DNA from: Nitrospirota bacterium
GTDB lineage: Bacteria > Nitrospirota > UBA9217
DNA length: 64,000 nucleotides
Direction of reading: 5' to 3'
Assembly (NCBI GenBank): GCA_963796285.1
Contig: CAWCKW010000012.1
Coordinates: 320,001 to 384,000 of the forward strand
The notes beneath the pieces were generated by a model, which did not search any database, was not told where the DNA came from, and was given only the letters and a program-made list of their open reading frames with translations. Position 1 is the first letter of the stretch; the number at the start of each line of letters is the position of its first letter. This document shows, piece after piece, positions 55,401 through 64,000 of this stretch. A program made the position numbers and the translations under genes.

Positions 55401-55592
55401 ATCGGCGTGATCATTGTCATCGGCGGAGTGCTGTCATCTTGTGGAGGCGGCGGTGGAACACAATCCACTGACGAGAAGAGCTATACAACGACAGGACTTA
55501 CTGCAGGGACGACCTACTTCTGGAAGGTCGTTGCCGATGACGGCAAAGGAGGCACCACGGCAAGCGCAGTATGGAGCTTCAGCACACAGTAG
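52449..55592 (+). CDS. S8 subtilase with propeptide, an uncharacterised beta-domain, 3 Fn3 repeats and a C-terminal domain interrupted by a TM/lipobox segment
   Basis: Catalytic 'VAVIDSG', 'GHGTRLAGII', 'ASAGN', 'GTSYSTP'; Fn3 'DTTPPSVPTN..LSWTASTDNVGVAGY'. Confidence 0.93.
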   Translation: MEMTDRRDRYGSSIKYFVFLAVALTIPYLLPTNCWPVSEPIQKHSPVKSRRVDGEILVRFKTGVGQAAAGAILSRYGFTSIKRYKRVSNLYHVRIPSVLTADAAIDLLQSDPDVEYAEPNYLMEGDSACSSSPCTPNDTLYSDPGNWGFANIGAPQAWTVTTGDSSLVVAVIDSGIDYNHPDLANNKWTNQAEASGTPAFYGYNAVADIGSGGLCPPPASSFPIDDDTSVLGHGTRLAGIIGAVGNNSTGIAGVNWNVKLMPIKVRCEPDRQSNLALFIAGMDYMLTEKQAGVNIRVANMSVGVSTYSQSLQNILDAARDAGILLVASAGNSSTNLDLDSTDFHSYPYDNVLFVAATDQTNALAGFSDYGQVDIHLAAPGAGILSTVRSVYTPLYQTDDGTSYSTPFVTGVAALLSAYDPTISYTGLKAHIISATTREDALVGKVASGGRLNVADVFSAPITDLRPAGYQLARIEVNHKYYTDSSFTITSIPQGFDRLWWVRTKNADNANTDANHINIGLGRDATVYVAYDPRAISIPDWLSSGHGWTDTGLSIGVSDSGAGSLRIYGKPFSSGMVVLGGNQAAGYVGPTSGSSSNYVVLISLTGDTPPSTPGNLQATAVSLSAINLSWTASTDYTGVAGYTVYRGAVPVATTPTTGYTDTGLTASTIYTYKVSAFDSAGDVSPLSDPASAMTFSDTTPPSVPTNVQAAVISFSQIDLSWTASTDNVGVAGYTVYRGGVQVATTPTTGYTDSRLTASTMYTYKVRAFDSAGNVSPLSDPVSAVTLTLPLDTTPPSVPTNVQAAVISFSQIDLSWTASTDNVGVAGYTVYRGGVQVATTPTTGYTDSGLTASTMYTYEVSAYDTTGNVSPLSAPVSATTGTGLQSTANNPPFAPTLVYPTDGQTGLGTTVTFQWKTSADPDGDTVTYHLYYCPDKNFIGCNPVDVALLEPKNSYYAGMGGSAVLLVFGSICARGLKRRKALALFLIGVIIVIGGVLSSCGGGGGTQSTDEKSYTTTGLTAGTTYFWKVVADDGKGGTTASAVWSFSTQ
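54264..55080 (+). repeat. Three tandem Fn3-coding repeats (~270-282 bp)
   Basis: Units begin at 54264, 54534 and 54816; units 2 and 3 are nearly identical. Confidence 0.92.
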
Positions 55593-55607
55593 GAAATCTT
55601 TGACGAG

Positions 55608-55634
55608 CAAGGGGGAACTGAAAGGTTCTCCTTG
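55608..55634 (+). terminator. Hairpin directly after the first subtilase gene, possible terminator
   Basis: caagggggaac-tgaaag-gttctccttg; the U-tract is weak. Confidence 0.45.
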
Positions 55635-55649
55635 TGCTTGTTCTCATGG

Positions 55650-55772
55650 GGAGAATCAACAGCGATGACGGACAGGAGGGACAGTTGAGGGACAGTTATG
55701 GATCCCCGATGAGATATTTCGTGTTCCTCTTCCATGTTCGTCTGCGTCCCTGCCTTACCCCGTCGAATTGCG
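55650..55772 (+). pseudogene. Degenerate copy of the subtilase 5' end
   Basis: gagaatc...gatgacggacag.agggacag...atatttcgtgttcctc aligns with 52440-52550. Confidence 0.75.
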
Positions 55773-55853
55773 ATCGAAGTGCTGAAAGCAAAGCCCTCTA
55801 TACTATAGATTATGCCGAACCGACAACAATGTCGATTTTGATTCGGCCTGTCC

Positions 55854-56118
55854 GGAGCTACCCCCCGTTTTAGTGACACTTGCAATTGGAGATTTTGACC
55901 GAACTTTCATATTTTGCTTTCCAGTTGTAATAAGTGGCGTCACTGAACCCGTACTTGCGGCAGAGGTCCGGGATCTTTATCCCTGCATCTGCCTCTTTAA
56001 GAATCTTTACGATCTGTTCTTCCGAGTACTTGCCTTGCTTCATCTTGTGCCTCCTTTTCGAGTGCTATAATTATGTCACACTCTAATCGGAAATGGCACT
56101 ATTTTCGGGGGCAGGTCC
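55854..56118 (-). mobile_element. Internally deleted IS3-family (IS407-group-like) element retaining both ends and the orfA 5' part
   Basis: Minus-strand ORF 56043-55870 'MKQGKYSEEQIVKILKEADAGIKIPDLCRKYGFSDATYYNWKAKY'; ends ggagctaccccccgttttagtgaca and (reverse complement) ggacctgcccccgaaaatagtgcca. Confidence 0.82.
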
Positions 56119-56206
56119 TCGTCACCCTATGTTTTCAGCAGAAACTTTAACGACTTATACCTGTATTATTGTCAATAATATGAGAACATATTTATGAAGG
56201 AGAGAC

Positions 56207-56968
56207 ATGTTTAAAGGAAAAAAAGTTATTGTGGTTATGCCGGCATACAATGCCGAAAAGACATTGCCCAAGACGTATGAGGAGGTAATGGAGGAGGACC
56301 TCGTCGATCTAGTGATTCTTGTCGATGACGGCAGTCAAGACAAGACTACGGAAATCGCAAAGAGTCTAAAGAATGTTAAAGTCTTTACCCATTCGACTAA
56401 CAAAGGTTATGGTGGAAATCAGAAAACATGTTACGATTTGGCTTTAAAGGAACAGGGGGACATTATCGTCATGGTCCATCCTGATTATCAGTATACACCC
56501 AAGTTGATTCCGGCCATGGTTTCGATGATTGGAAATGGTCTTTATCCTTGTGTCCTTGGATCAAGAATTTTGGGCGGATATGCACTGAAAGGTGGCATGC
56601 CAATCTGGAAGTACATTTCCAACCGTTTTCTGACTTTAGTTGAAAATATTCTAACGGGGGCAAAGCTTTCTGAATATCACACCGGATACAGGGCTTTTTC
56701 GCGCCAACTTTTAATACAGTTGCCAATAGAGCACAATTCGGACGATTTTGTGTTTGATAACCAGATGCTGGCACAGATCCTGTGGTTCGGCCATTCCATC
56801 GCCGAAGTGAGCTGTCCGACTAAATATTTTCCGGAGGCCTCATCTATCAATTTTGGTCGCAGTATCCAATACGGCTGGGGTTGTCTAAAGGTAGGATTAC
56901 AATTTCGTTTGGCGAAGATGGGTTTCATGAGTTCCAAGCTGTTTCCAAATGGAAGAAACGGGATCTAA
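56207..56968 (+). CDS. GT2, polyprenyl-phosphate glycosyltransferase (DPM1-like)
   Basis: 'VVMPAYNAEKTL', 'NKGYGGNQK', 'MVHPDYQY', 'LGSR', 'SEYHTGYRAF', 'FVFDNQ'. Confidence 0.9.
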   Translation: MFKGKKVIVVMPAYNAEKTLPKTYEEVMEEDLVDLVILVDDGSQDKTTEIAKSLKNVKVFTHSTNKGYGGNQKTCYDLALKEQGDIIVMVHPDYQYTPKLIPAMVSMIGNGLYPCVLGSRILGGYALKGGMPIWKYISNRFLTLVENILTGAKLSEYHTGYRAFSRQLLIQLPIEHNSDDFVFDNQMLAQILWFGHSIAEVSCPTKYFPEASSINFGRSIQYGWGCLKVGLQFRLAKMGFMSSKLFPNGRNGI

Positions 56969-58665
56969 TGATTATGGAAACGAAGCGTTTCTACACAATC
57001 GTCTTTGTGGTTTTGTTAACCGTAACCTTCTTATTAGTTGGAATTTATAAAATTAATGATGCGATAGATCCTTCATTTGATGATACGGGATCTTATTTGG
57101 AGGGTGCCCTATTCATTAACGAGCATGGCGGGACTTTAAATTTTATCAAACTTTGTTTGACCGGTGAATATAAGATCAGCCTCCAACATCCTCTCTATTT
57201 ATTATTTCTATCCCCTTTCGCTTCGAGGGAAATCTCCTTTTTCCCAGAGGCCAGCTTGGCTACACTGATTCTTGGATTAGTCGTTGTCTTGATTACGTTC
57301 TTTGTTGTCCGTAATCTGTTCGGAGATGTCGCAGCTAAGATCGCTTCGGTGTTATTGGCTTTTAATACAGCATACTTGGAACGATCAACCCACGTTGATT
57401 GCGAGACCCTCCTGATGATATTCTTTATATTGGCATGGTACTTAATGATCCGGGGGCTGAGTGTTAACCGATATTGGATGTGGGCCGGCGTATCGTCCGG
57501 ACTGGCTTATATGACCAAAGGACCGGAAATTCTCCTGATTCCGGTTTTTATTCTATCCTGCTTGTTTGTCTTTAAATTTAAAATACTGAAGAACAAGTAT
57601 TTTTGGTATTTTTTACTTGGGTTCCTGGTGATGGCTTCCCCGCTGATTATTAGAAATATTGTGACTTATCATGCCGTTCTTTATGATGATTACAACTCCA
57701 ATATTTTCTGGATTAATAGTCTTCGGGAGCTTTCGGACAAATATGATATTTCCTTGAATTGGCATCAGCACACTTTCTCCACCACAAAAATGCCGACCAT
57801 GCTTTCTTTTTTACAGACCCATTCTTACTACGAAGTTGCACAGAGAGCTCTAAATGGACTGATTGGCGAAACCGGACTGATGTTAAACAGCCTGAACTTA
57901 TTCTTGATCAAATCTTCTTTATGGCAGCAATTTGTCAGTCTTCTTCTGATGGTATTTTTTGTGTTTGGAATCGTGAGGGATCCAGACAAGAGGAGGGCGG
58001 TATACACAATGACAGCCATCACAATATTTTTTGTTCCGTTTTCGTGGTTTTACAAGGTCTATGCAGGCATGAGGTATCTGACACCGTTGCTGCCTCTCAT
58101 CCTGGCCTACAGCGCATTTGGGTGCAGCGAATTACTAAAAGAGATAGATCGTCACATCCCATCGGGCTATTTACGGTTCAAGACATACCGTATTGTCCCG
58201 ATTGCATTTACATTATTATTAATCGTGGTCGCCGTTTCCGCGGCCGCAACTAAAAATGTAACACCGCAAATCCATTCGATAGTTATTCCGGACGATAAAC
58301 GTGAATTGATGGACTGGTTTAAAGACAATGTGACGGAATCTGATATTGTTATTTTCCGTCCAACGGTTAGATATTGGGGGCTGCTATGGCATGCAAATTT
58401 TAAAGGTACGGTGGACATGATTTCACGTCACGATCCTTTGCCGGATATGGATATTTCGGAATTCAGGGATCTTATTAAAAGAAGAAAAATTAGTCTGATT
58501 GTTCTCCACAAGGAAAACTACCAGAGCCCACCGATATTGAGGGAATACTTTGAGTATAGCGAACGTGATGGAATGGTTGAAAAGAAGGCAATGGCGGGAT
58601 GGCACCTGGTCTATAAAAGCACGCAAAGGCCGACATCGTTTTTAATCTATAAAATCGATAGATAA
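56968..58665 (+). CDS. GT-C membrane glycosyltransferase (ArnT/PMT_2, GT39/83-like)
   Basis: 'FDDTGSY', 'HPLYLL', 'ETLL', 'GLAYMTK', 'RYLTP'; about 11 TM segments plus a periplasmic tail. Confidence 0.85.
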   Translation: MIMETKRFYTIVFVVLLTVTFLLVGIYKINDAIDPSFDDTGSYLEGALFINEHGGTLNFIKLCLTGEYKISLQHPLYLLFLSPFASREISFFPEASLATLILGLVVVLITFFVVRNLFGDVAAKIASVLLAFNTAYLERSTHVDCETLLMIFFILAWYLMIRGLSVNRYWMWAGVSSGLAYMTKGPEILLIPVFILSCLFVFKFKILKNKYFWYFLLGFLVMASPLIIRNIVTYHAVLYDDYNSNIFWINSLRELSDKYDISLNWHQHTFSTTKMPTMLSFLQTHSYYEVAQRALNGLIGETGLMLNSLNLFLIKSSLWQQFVSLLLMVFFVFGIVRDPDKRRAVYTMTAITIFFVPFSWFYKVYAGMRYLTPLLPLILAYSAFGCSELLKEIDRHIPSGYLRFKTYRIVPIAFTLLLIVVAVSAAATKNVTPQIHSIVIPDDKRELMDWFKDNVTESDIVIFRPTVRYWGLLWHANFKGTVDMISRHDPLPDMDISEFRDLIKRRKISLIVLHKENYQSPPILREYFEYSERDGMVEKKAMAGWHLVYKSTQRPTSFLIYKIDR

Positions 58666-59047
58666 TTTCTTGCTTGCGCATGTTTAAGAAAAGAGATGCT
58701 TATAAGCGGGCAATTTTGAATGTGGGCGGACTTTATTCCGTAATGGTTAGATGATTTAAACGCTAGGTGGTAATATTAGGTTCATTCGTAATAAAGTTGA
58801 AAAGCAACTACGGACTTCTGTCTCGCGCAAAGCCACCAAGCGCGCAAGGAGAAACAACGATAGGAGCTTGAGAAAAGCCACTGGCATTGGATAAGAAATT
58901 CATGTATCAAGTTCTTGTATATCTTTTTGCTTTACGGCCATCCGTCCTTTTAAAGTTAATCCTTAAAAGTGTTGGATTATTTTACATAGTGGACAATAAT
59001 AGCTACGGGGAAGCTTATATTATTATTGATATCAATAGATTGTAGTA

Positions 59048-59063
59048 TGGCATTAAATTTGCT
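59048..59063 (+). promoter_or_regulatory. sigma54 (RpoN) -24/-12 promoter
   Basis: TGGCAT-TAAAT-TTGCT, ~130 bp upstream of ATG 59192. Confidence 0.6.
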
Positions 59064-59191
59064 TAAAAATATGAGTACCATTGTTAATCCACATCTTTGA
59101 GCGAAAATGATTTTTTTCTAAAGTGATGTTGTTGTCTGTCCATGGATGGCAATAACGCAATTTCAACTGAAATACGAAAGATCCTAATATT

Positions 59192-62100
59192 ATGATAAAA
59201 ACTAAGATAGAACATAAATACAGGTTGATTTTCCTAGTTGCAATCGCAGTCATTTTTACGGAACTTTGTATCGTGTCGTTACAGGACGGTGCGGTTTGGG
59301 CCGCCTCGACCTCTAAACCCGCAAAACCCATTAAAGGTCCTCACGTCCTTAATGAGTTGCTCGTAAAGTTTAATATAGGCGTGGATTCTAATCAGGCAAA
59401 GGCCGATTTGTTAAAATACGGTTTTACGAGCATCAAAAGATATAAGCAAGTTTCAAACCTGTATCACGTTCGTATACCCTCGGTCCTTACGGCCGATGCC
59501 GCCATCGATCTCTTGCAGTCCGATCCAGATGTTGAGTACGCCGAGCCTAATTACCTCATGGAGGGCGATTCTGCCTGCAGCAGCTCGCCATGCACGCCGA
59601 ATGATACATTATATTCTGACCCCGGCAATTGGGGATTTGCCAATATCGGTGCGCCGCAGGCCTGGGCGGTTACAACAGGTGATAGCAGTTTGGTCGTGGC
59701 AGTGATAGATAGCGGGATTGATTATAACCATCCTGATCTGGCCAATAATAAATGGACCAACCAGGCTGAAGCATCAGGAACTCCTGCCTTTTATGGATAT
59801 AATGCTGTTGCGGATATCGGTTCTGGAGGTCTTTGCCCACCACCGGCCAGCAGTTTTCCTATCGATGATGATACTTCGGTACTGGGCCATGGAACTCGTC
59901 TTGCCGGGATTATAGGTGCGGTTGGAAATAACAGCACCGGTATTGCTGGGGTGAATTGGAATGTCAAACTGATGCCGATTAAGGTTCGTTGCGAACCCGA
60001 TCGGCAATCAAATCTCGCTCTTTTTATTGCCGGAATGGACTATATGCTGACCGAGAAGCAAGCTGGTGTCAATATCCGTGTGGCCAATATGAGTGTCGGC
60101 GTCTCAACCTATAGCCAATCTCTTCAGAATATACTCGACGCGGCTCGTGATGCTGGCATTCTCTTAGTAGCCTCTGCCGGTAATTCGAGCACTAACCTTG
60201 ATTTAGATTCGACCGACTTCCATTCGAATGAGTATGACAACGTGCTCTTTGTCGCCGCGACCGACCAGACCAATGCGCTTGCCGGATTTTCGAACTACGG
60301 TCAGGTCGATATTCACCTCGCCGCTCCGGGTGTCGGGATCCTCAGCACCGTCCGAAGCGTGTACAATCCCATGTATCAACCCGATGATGGAACATCCTAC
60401 TCGACCCCCATGGTTACGGGTGTCGCGGCGCTCCTGGCTTCGTCCGATCCATCCCTCACGGTTTCAGAGCTCAAGGCGCGCATCATGAGCTCCACAGTTC
60501 AGACCAACGCGCTTATGAGCAAGGTGGCCGCGGGCGGGCGTCTGAATGCCGCAGGTATTTTCAACGCGCCGATTGCCGATCTATTGCCAATGGGCTATCA
60601 ATTGGCGCGCCTCCAGGTCGGCGATAAATATCATCTGGACAGACCCTTTGTCGTTGCGTCCATCCCGCAGGGCCTGAATGGTCTCTGGTGGGTGCGCACA
60701 AAGAACAACGACAAGACTAATACATCGCCGAACTATATCCAGATTGGACTCAATCAAGCGGCGACAGTATACGTTGCGTACGATTCGCGCGTAACGGCCG
60801 ACGAGCTTCCGGACTGGTTGCGGTCGGACCAGGGTTGGTTGGACACGGGGCTGTTTATTGGAACTTCCAATAACGGTACGCCCAGTTCGTTGCACCTGTA
60901 CTCAAAGACCTTCATTCCGGGAACGGCCGTACTTGGAGGGCCTCAGGCCGTTGGTTATAACGGGCCGGTGGGCAGTTCGGGTACTAATTATGTCGTGTTG
61001 ATCAATCTTTTATCAATTACGGCTCCAACCAATTTGAATGCAACAGATCTTCCATCTGACAATGGTGGAGCCATTCAGCTGACCTGGACACCTTCGGCGA
61101 CCCCGGGGATCGTGGCGCAGCGGGTGTACCGTGCGACGACAAGCGGCGGGCCGTATACCTTGATATCGAGCTTTGCCGACAATACGACGAACGCTTACAT
61201 TGATAGTGGACTGACCAACGGGACGACCTATTATTATGTGGTTCGTTCTTCTGACGGCACACAGGAGTCGGCGAACAGCAACGAGTCATCGGCCGCACCG
61301 GTAGACAATCTTGCACCGGCGGCGCCGACCGCGCTGGCTGCGGTGGACAATCCGGGAGACAATGGCGGGGCGATCCGCTTGACCTGGAACCCCTCGGTCA
61401 GCAGTGATGTCATGTCACAAGGGATTTACCGTAGCACCACCCCGGGCGGGCCGTACACGATCATAACCAGTATTGCCAATAATACGACCAAAACCTACAC
61501 GGATAGCGGCCTGACGAACGGGATGACCTATTATTATATCGCGCGGTCTTATGACGGCACTCAGTCGTCCGCAAACAGCAATGAGGCCAGCGCCGCACCG
61601 GTGGACAATCTGGCCCCGGCGCCGCCGACATCTCTATCGGCGGTGGATAATCCGGCGGATAACGGCGGGGCGATCCGTCTGACCTGGACGCCCTCGGTAA
61701 GCCCGGATGTGACTGCGCAGCGGGTGTATCGTGCGACGACCGCGGGCGGGCCGTACACGATCATAACCAGTTTTGCCAATAATACGACCAACACCTACAC
61801 GGATAGCGGACTGACGAACGGGAAGACCTATTATTATATCGTACAGTCTTTTGACGGCACTCAATCATCCGCAAACAGCAACGAGTCGTCGGCTGTTCCC
61901 GTTGTAAATATCGCTCTGGCGGCGCCGACCGCATTAGTTGCGGCGGACAATCCGGGGGACAATGGCGGGGCGATTCGTCTAAGCTGGGGGCCATCGGGGA
62001 GTCGGACCGCAGTGGCGCAGCGGTTCTACCGTGCGACGACCAGTGGCGGGCCGTATTTCTTGGTGATGAGCTTTGCAGACAATACGACGAACAGCTATAC

Positions 62101-64000
62101 GGACATTGGGTTGACAAACGGGACAAGGTATTACTATGTGGTGCGGGCCTTTGACGGTTCGCAGGAGTCGGCGAACAGCAACGAGTCATCGGCCGCACCG
62201 GTAGACAATCTTGCACCGGCGGCGCCGACCGCGCTGGTTGCGGTGGACAATCCGGGAGACAATGGCGGGGCGACCCTCTTGACCTGGAACCCCTCGGTCA
62301 GTAGTGATGTCGTGTCACAAGGGATTTACCGTAGCACCGCCCCGGGCGGGCCATACACGATCATAACCAGTCTTGCCAATAATACGACCAAAACCTACAC
62401 GGATAGCGGCCTGACGAACGGAATGACCTATTATTATATCGCGCGGTCTTATGACGGCACTCAATCATCCGCAAACAGCAACGAGTCGTCGGCTGTTCCC
62501 GTGATAAATATCGCTCTTGTGGCGCCGGTGGGCTATCAATTGGCGCGCCTCCAGGTCGGCGATACAATATCATCTGGACAGAACCTTTATCGTTGCGTCC
62601 ATCCCGCAGGGCCTGAATGGTCTCTGGTGGGTGCGCACAAAGAACGACGACAAGACAAATACATCGCCGAACTATATCCAGATTGGACTCAATCAAGCGG
62701 CGACAGTATACGTTGCGTACGATTCGCGCGTAACGGCCGGCGAGCTTCCGGACTGGTTGCGGCCGGACCAGGGTTGGTTGGACACGGGGCTGTTTATTGG
62801 AACTTCCAATAACGGTACGCCCAGTTCGTTGCACCTGTACTCAAAGACCTTCATTCCGGGAACGGCCGTACTTGGAGGGCCTCAGGCCGTTGGTTATAAC
62901 GGGCCGGTGGGCAGTTCGGGTACTAATTATGTCGTGTTGATCAATCTTTTATCAATTACGGCTCCAACCAATTTGAATGCAACAGATCTTCCATCTGACA
63001 ATGGTGGAGCCATTCAGCTGACCTGGACACCTTCGGCGACCCCGGGGATCGTGGCGCAGCGGGTGTACCGTGCGACGACAAGCGGCGGGCCGTATACCTT
63101 GATATCGAGCTTTGCCAACAATACGACGAACACGTACATTGATAGTGGACCGACCAACGGGAAAACCTATTATTATATCTCCGCGTTGGTTGCGGCGGAC
63201 AATCCGGGGGACAATGGCGCGGCGATTTGTCTAAGCTGAGGGCTGTCGGGGAGTCCGACCGCAGTGGCGCAGCGGGTCTACCATGCGACGACCAGTGGCG
63301 GGCCATATTTCTTGGTGATGAGCTTTGCAGACAATACGACGAACAGCTATACGGACATTGGGTTGACAAACGGGACAAGGTATTACTATGTGGTGTGGGC
63401 CTTTGACGGTTCGCAGGAGTCGGCGAACAGCAACAAGGCCTCGGCCGTGCCGATCGATAATATTCCGCCCGTGATCTCGAATCTTGCGGTCACGAATATC
63501 CTGATGAAGAGCTTGACCATTACCGGATCACGGATAAACCGGCCGATTCCCAGGTCGAATACGGAACGAGCCCGGCTTACGGTCACGCAAGTGCGTTAAA
63601 CGGGACGCTTCTGACCAATCACTCCGTGGTCCTGGCCGGTCTGTCGGCTGGAACGGGCTATTTCTATCGTATAAACAGCCACGAAGCTGCCGGAAACCTT
63701 GCGATTGCCACGGGCAGTTTCACAACCCCGCGCCGTCGAATCTGAAATCGCTTCAGTCGGTAACCGTCACGCTTCCCGCAGGGGCCGCATCAATTTCGGT
63801 GACAATCAATGGCGTGGATCCGACGAAGGCCTTCTTGGAATTCGGGACGAGCTTCAACGATGCCAATCCCCAGTACTCGCATATCTCGGATCGGATCAGC
63901 CCCAATGGGACGAGTTTGGTATTTCAGTGTTATGGCGGGGCGGGGCCTCAGGCCGTGACGATCAAGTGGTATGTGGCGGAGTTTATTAGCGGAGTGACGG
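59192..64000 (+). CDS. Second S8 subtilase with Fn3 repeats; intact to ~62565, then frameshifts and a stop; continues beyond the window
   Basis: Same catalytic motifs as 52449; five 'DNPGDNGGAIRLTW..GGPY..Y.D.GLTNG.TYYY' repeats; duplicated module at 62530; purple-acid-phosphatase-type Fn3 'DSQVEYG...HSVVL.GL..GT.YFY' near 63550-63700. Confidence 0.88.
59417..60330 (+). repeat. Near-identical copy of 52674-53590 (subtilase propeptide and catalytic core)
   Basis: Offset 6743 bp; only a few substitutions are visible over the first ~800 bp. Confidence 0.95.
62530..63177 (+). repeat. Near-identical copy of 60592-61237 (uncharacterised domain plus first Fn3)
   Basis: gggctatcaattggcgcgcctccaggtcggcgata begins both copies; identity continues ~650 bp. 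Confidence 0.93.

Noticed and set aside
54264-63480. Regular repeats as a possible CRISPR array
   Set aside because: Units are ~280-300 bp in-frame Fn3 domains with no short repeat-spacer structure and no cas genes.

Overview
A bacterial surface-polysaccharide and cell-surface locus, almost entirely on the + strand. Gene style suggests Nitrospirota or Desulfobacterota, which is an inference. Order: (1) 1-3.1 kb, a partner-switching/c-di-GMP module (RsbW-type HATPase fusion, STAS protein, GAF-HD-GYP) ending in a structured RNA-like stretch and a terminator. (2) A ~950-bp AT-rich control region. (3) A ~48-kb Wzy-dependent EPS/capsule cluster: wza, chain-length protein, tyrosine kinase, UpxY/NusG paralogue, OM beta-barrel, priming transferase with a degenerate GGDEF-like N-terminus, WbpB/D/E-like and VioA-like amino-sugar genes, a BKACE enzyme, flippases, many GT2/GT4, GNAT/FemAB, deacetylases, Wzy/O-antigen ligase, radical SAM plus ferredoxin. 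It is interrupted by a GxxExxY cassette, a vWA lipoprotein, a secreted beta-helix protein, IS remnants and about ten gene relics. (4) Two paralogous S8 subtilase-Fn3 surface proteins flanking a DPM1-like GT2/GT-C pair. Many genes before 45.5 kb carry 1-bp frameshifts, most likely long-read errors. Best leads: an internal lipoprotein-type signal (TM-KRRK-TM-LSSC-G5) inserted inside the last beta-sandwich domain of the first subtilase; a GxxExxY nuclease-fold gene framed by a ~28-bp inverted repeat, with gene-less short-period hairpin relics at many gene junctions; a possibly invertible sigma54-like promoter ahead of the operon; and a VioA-acyltransferase-BKACE trio. All calls come from reading the sequence; no searches were run.
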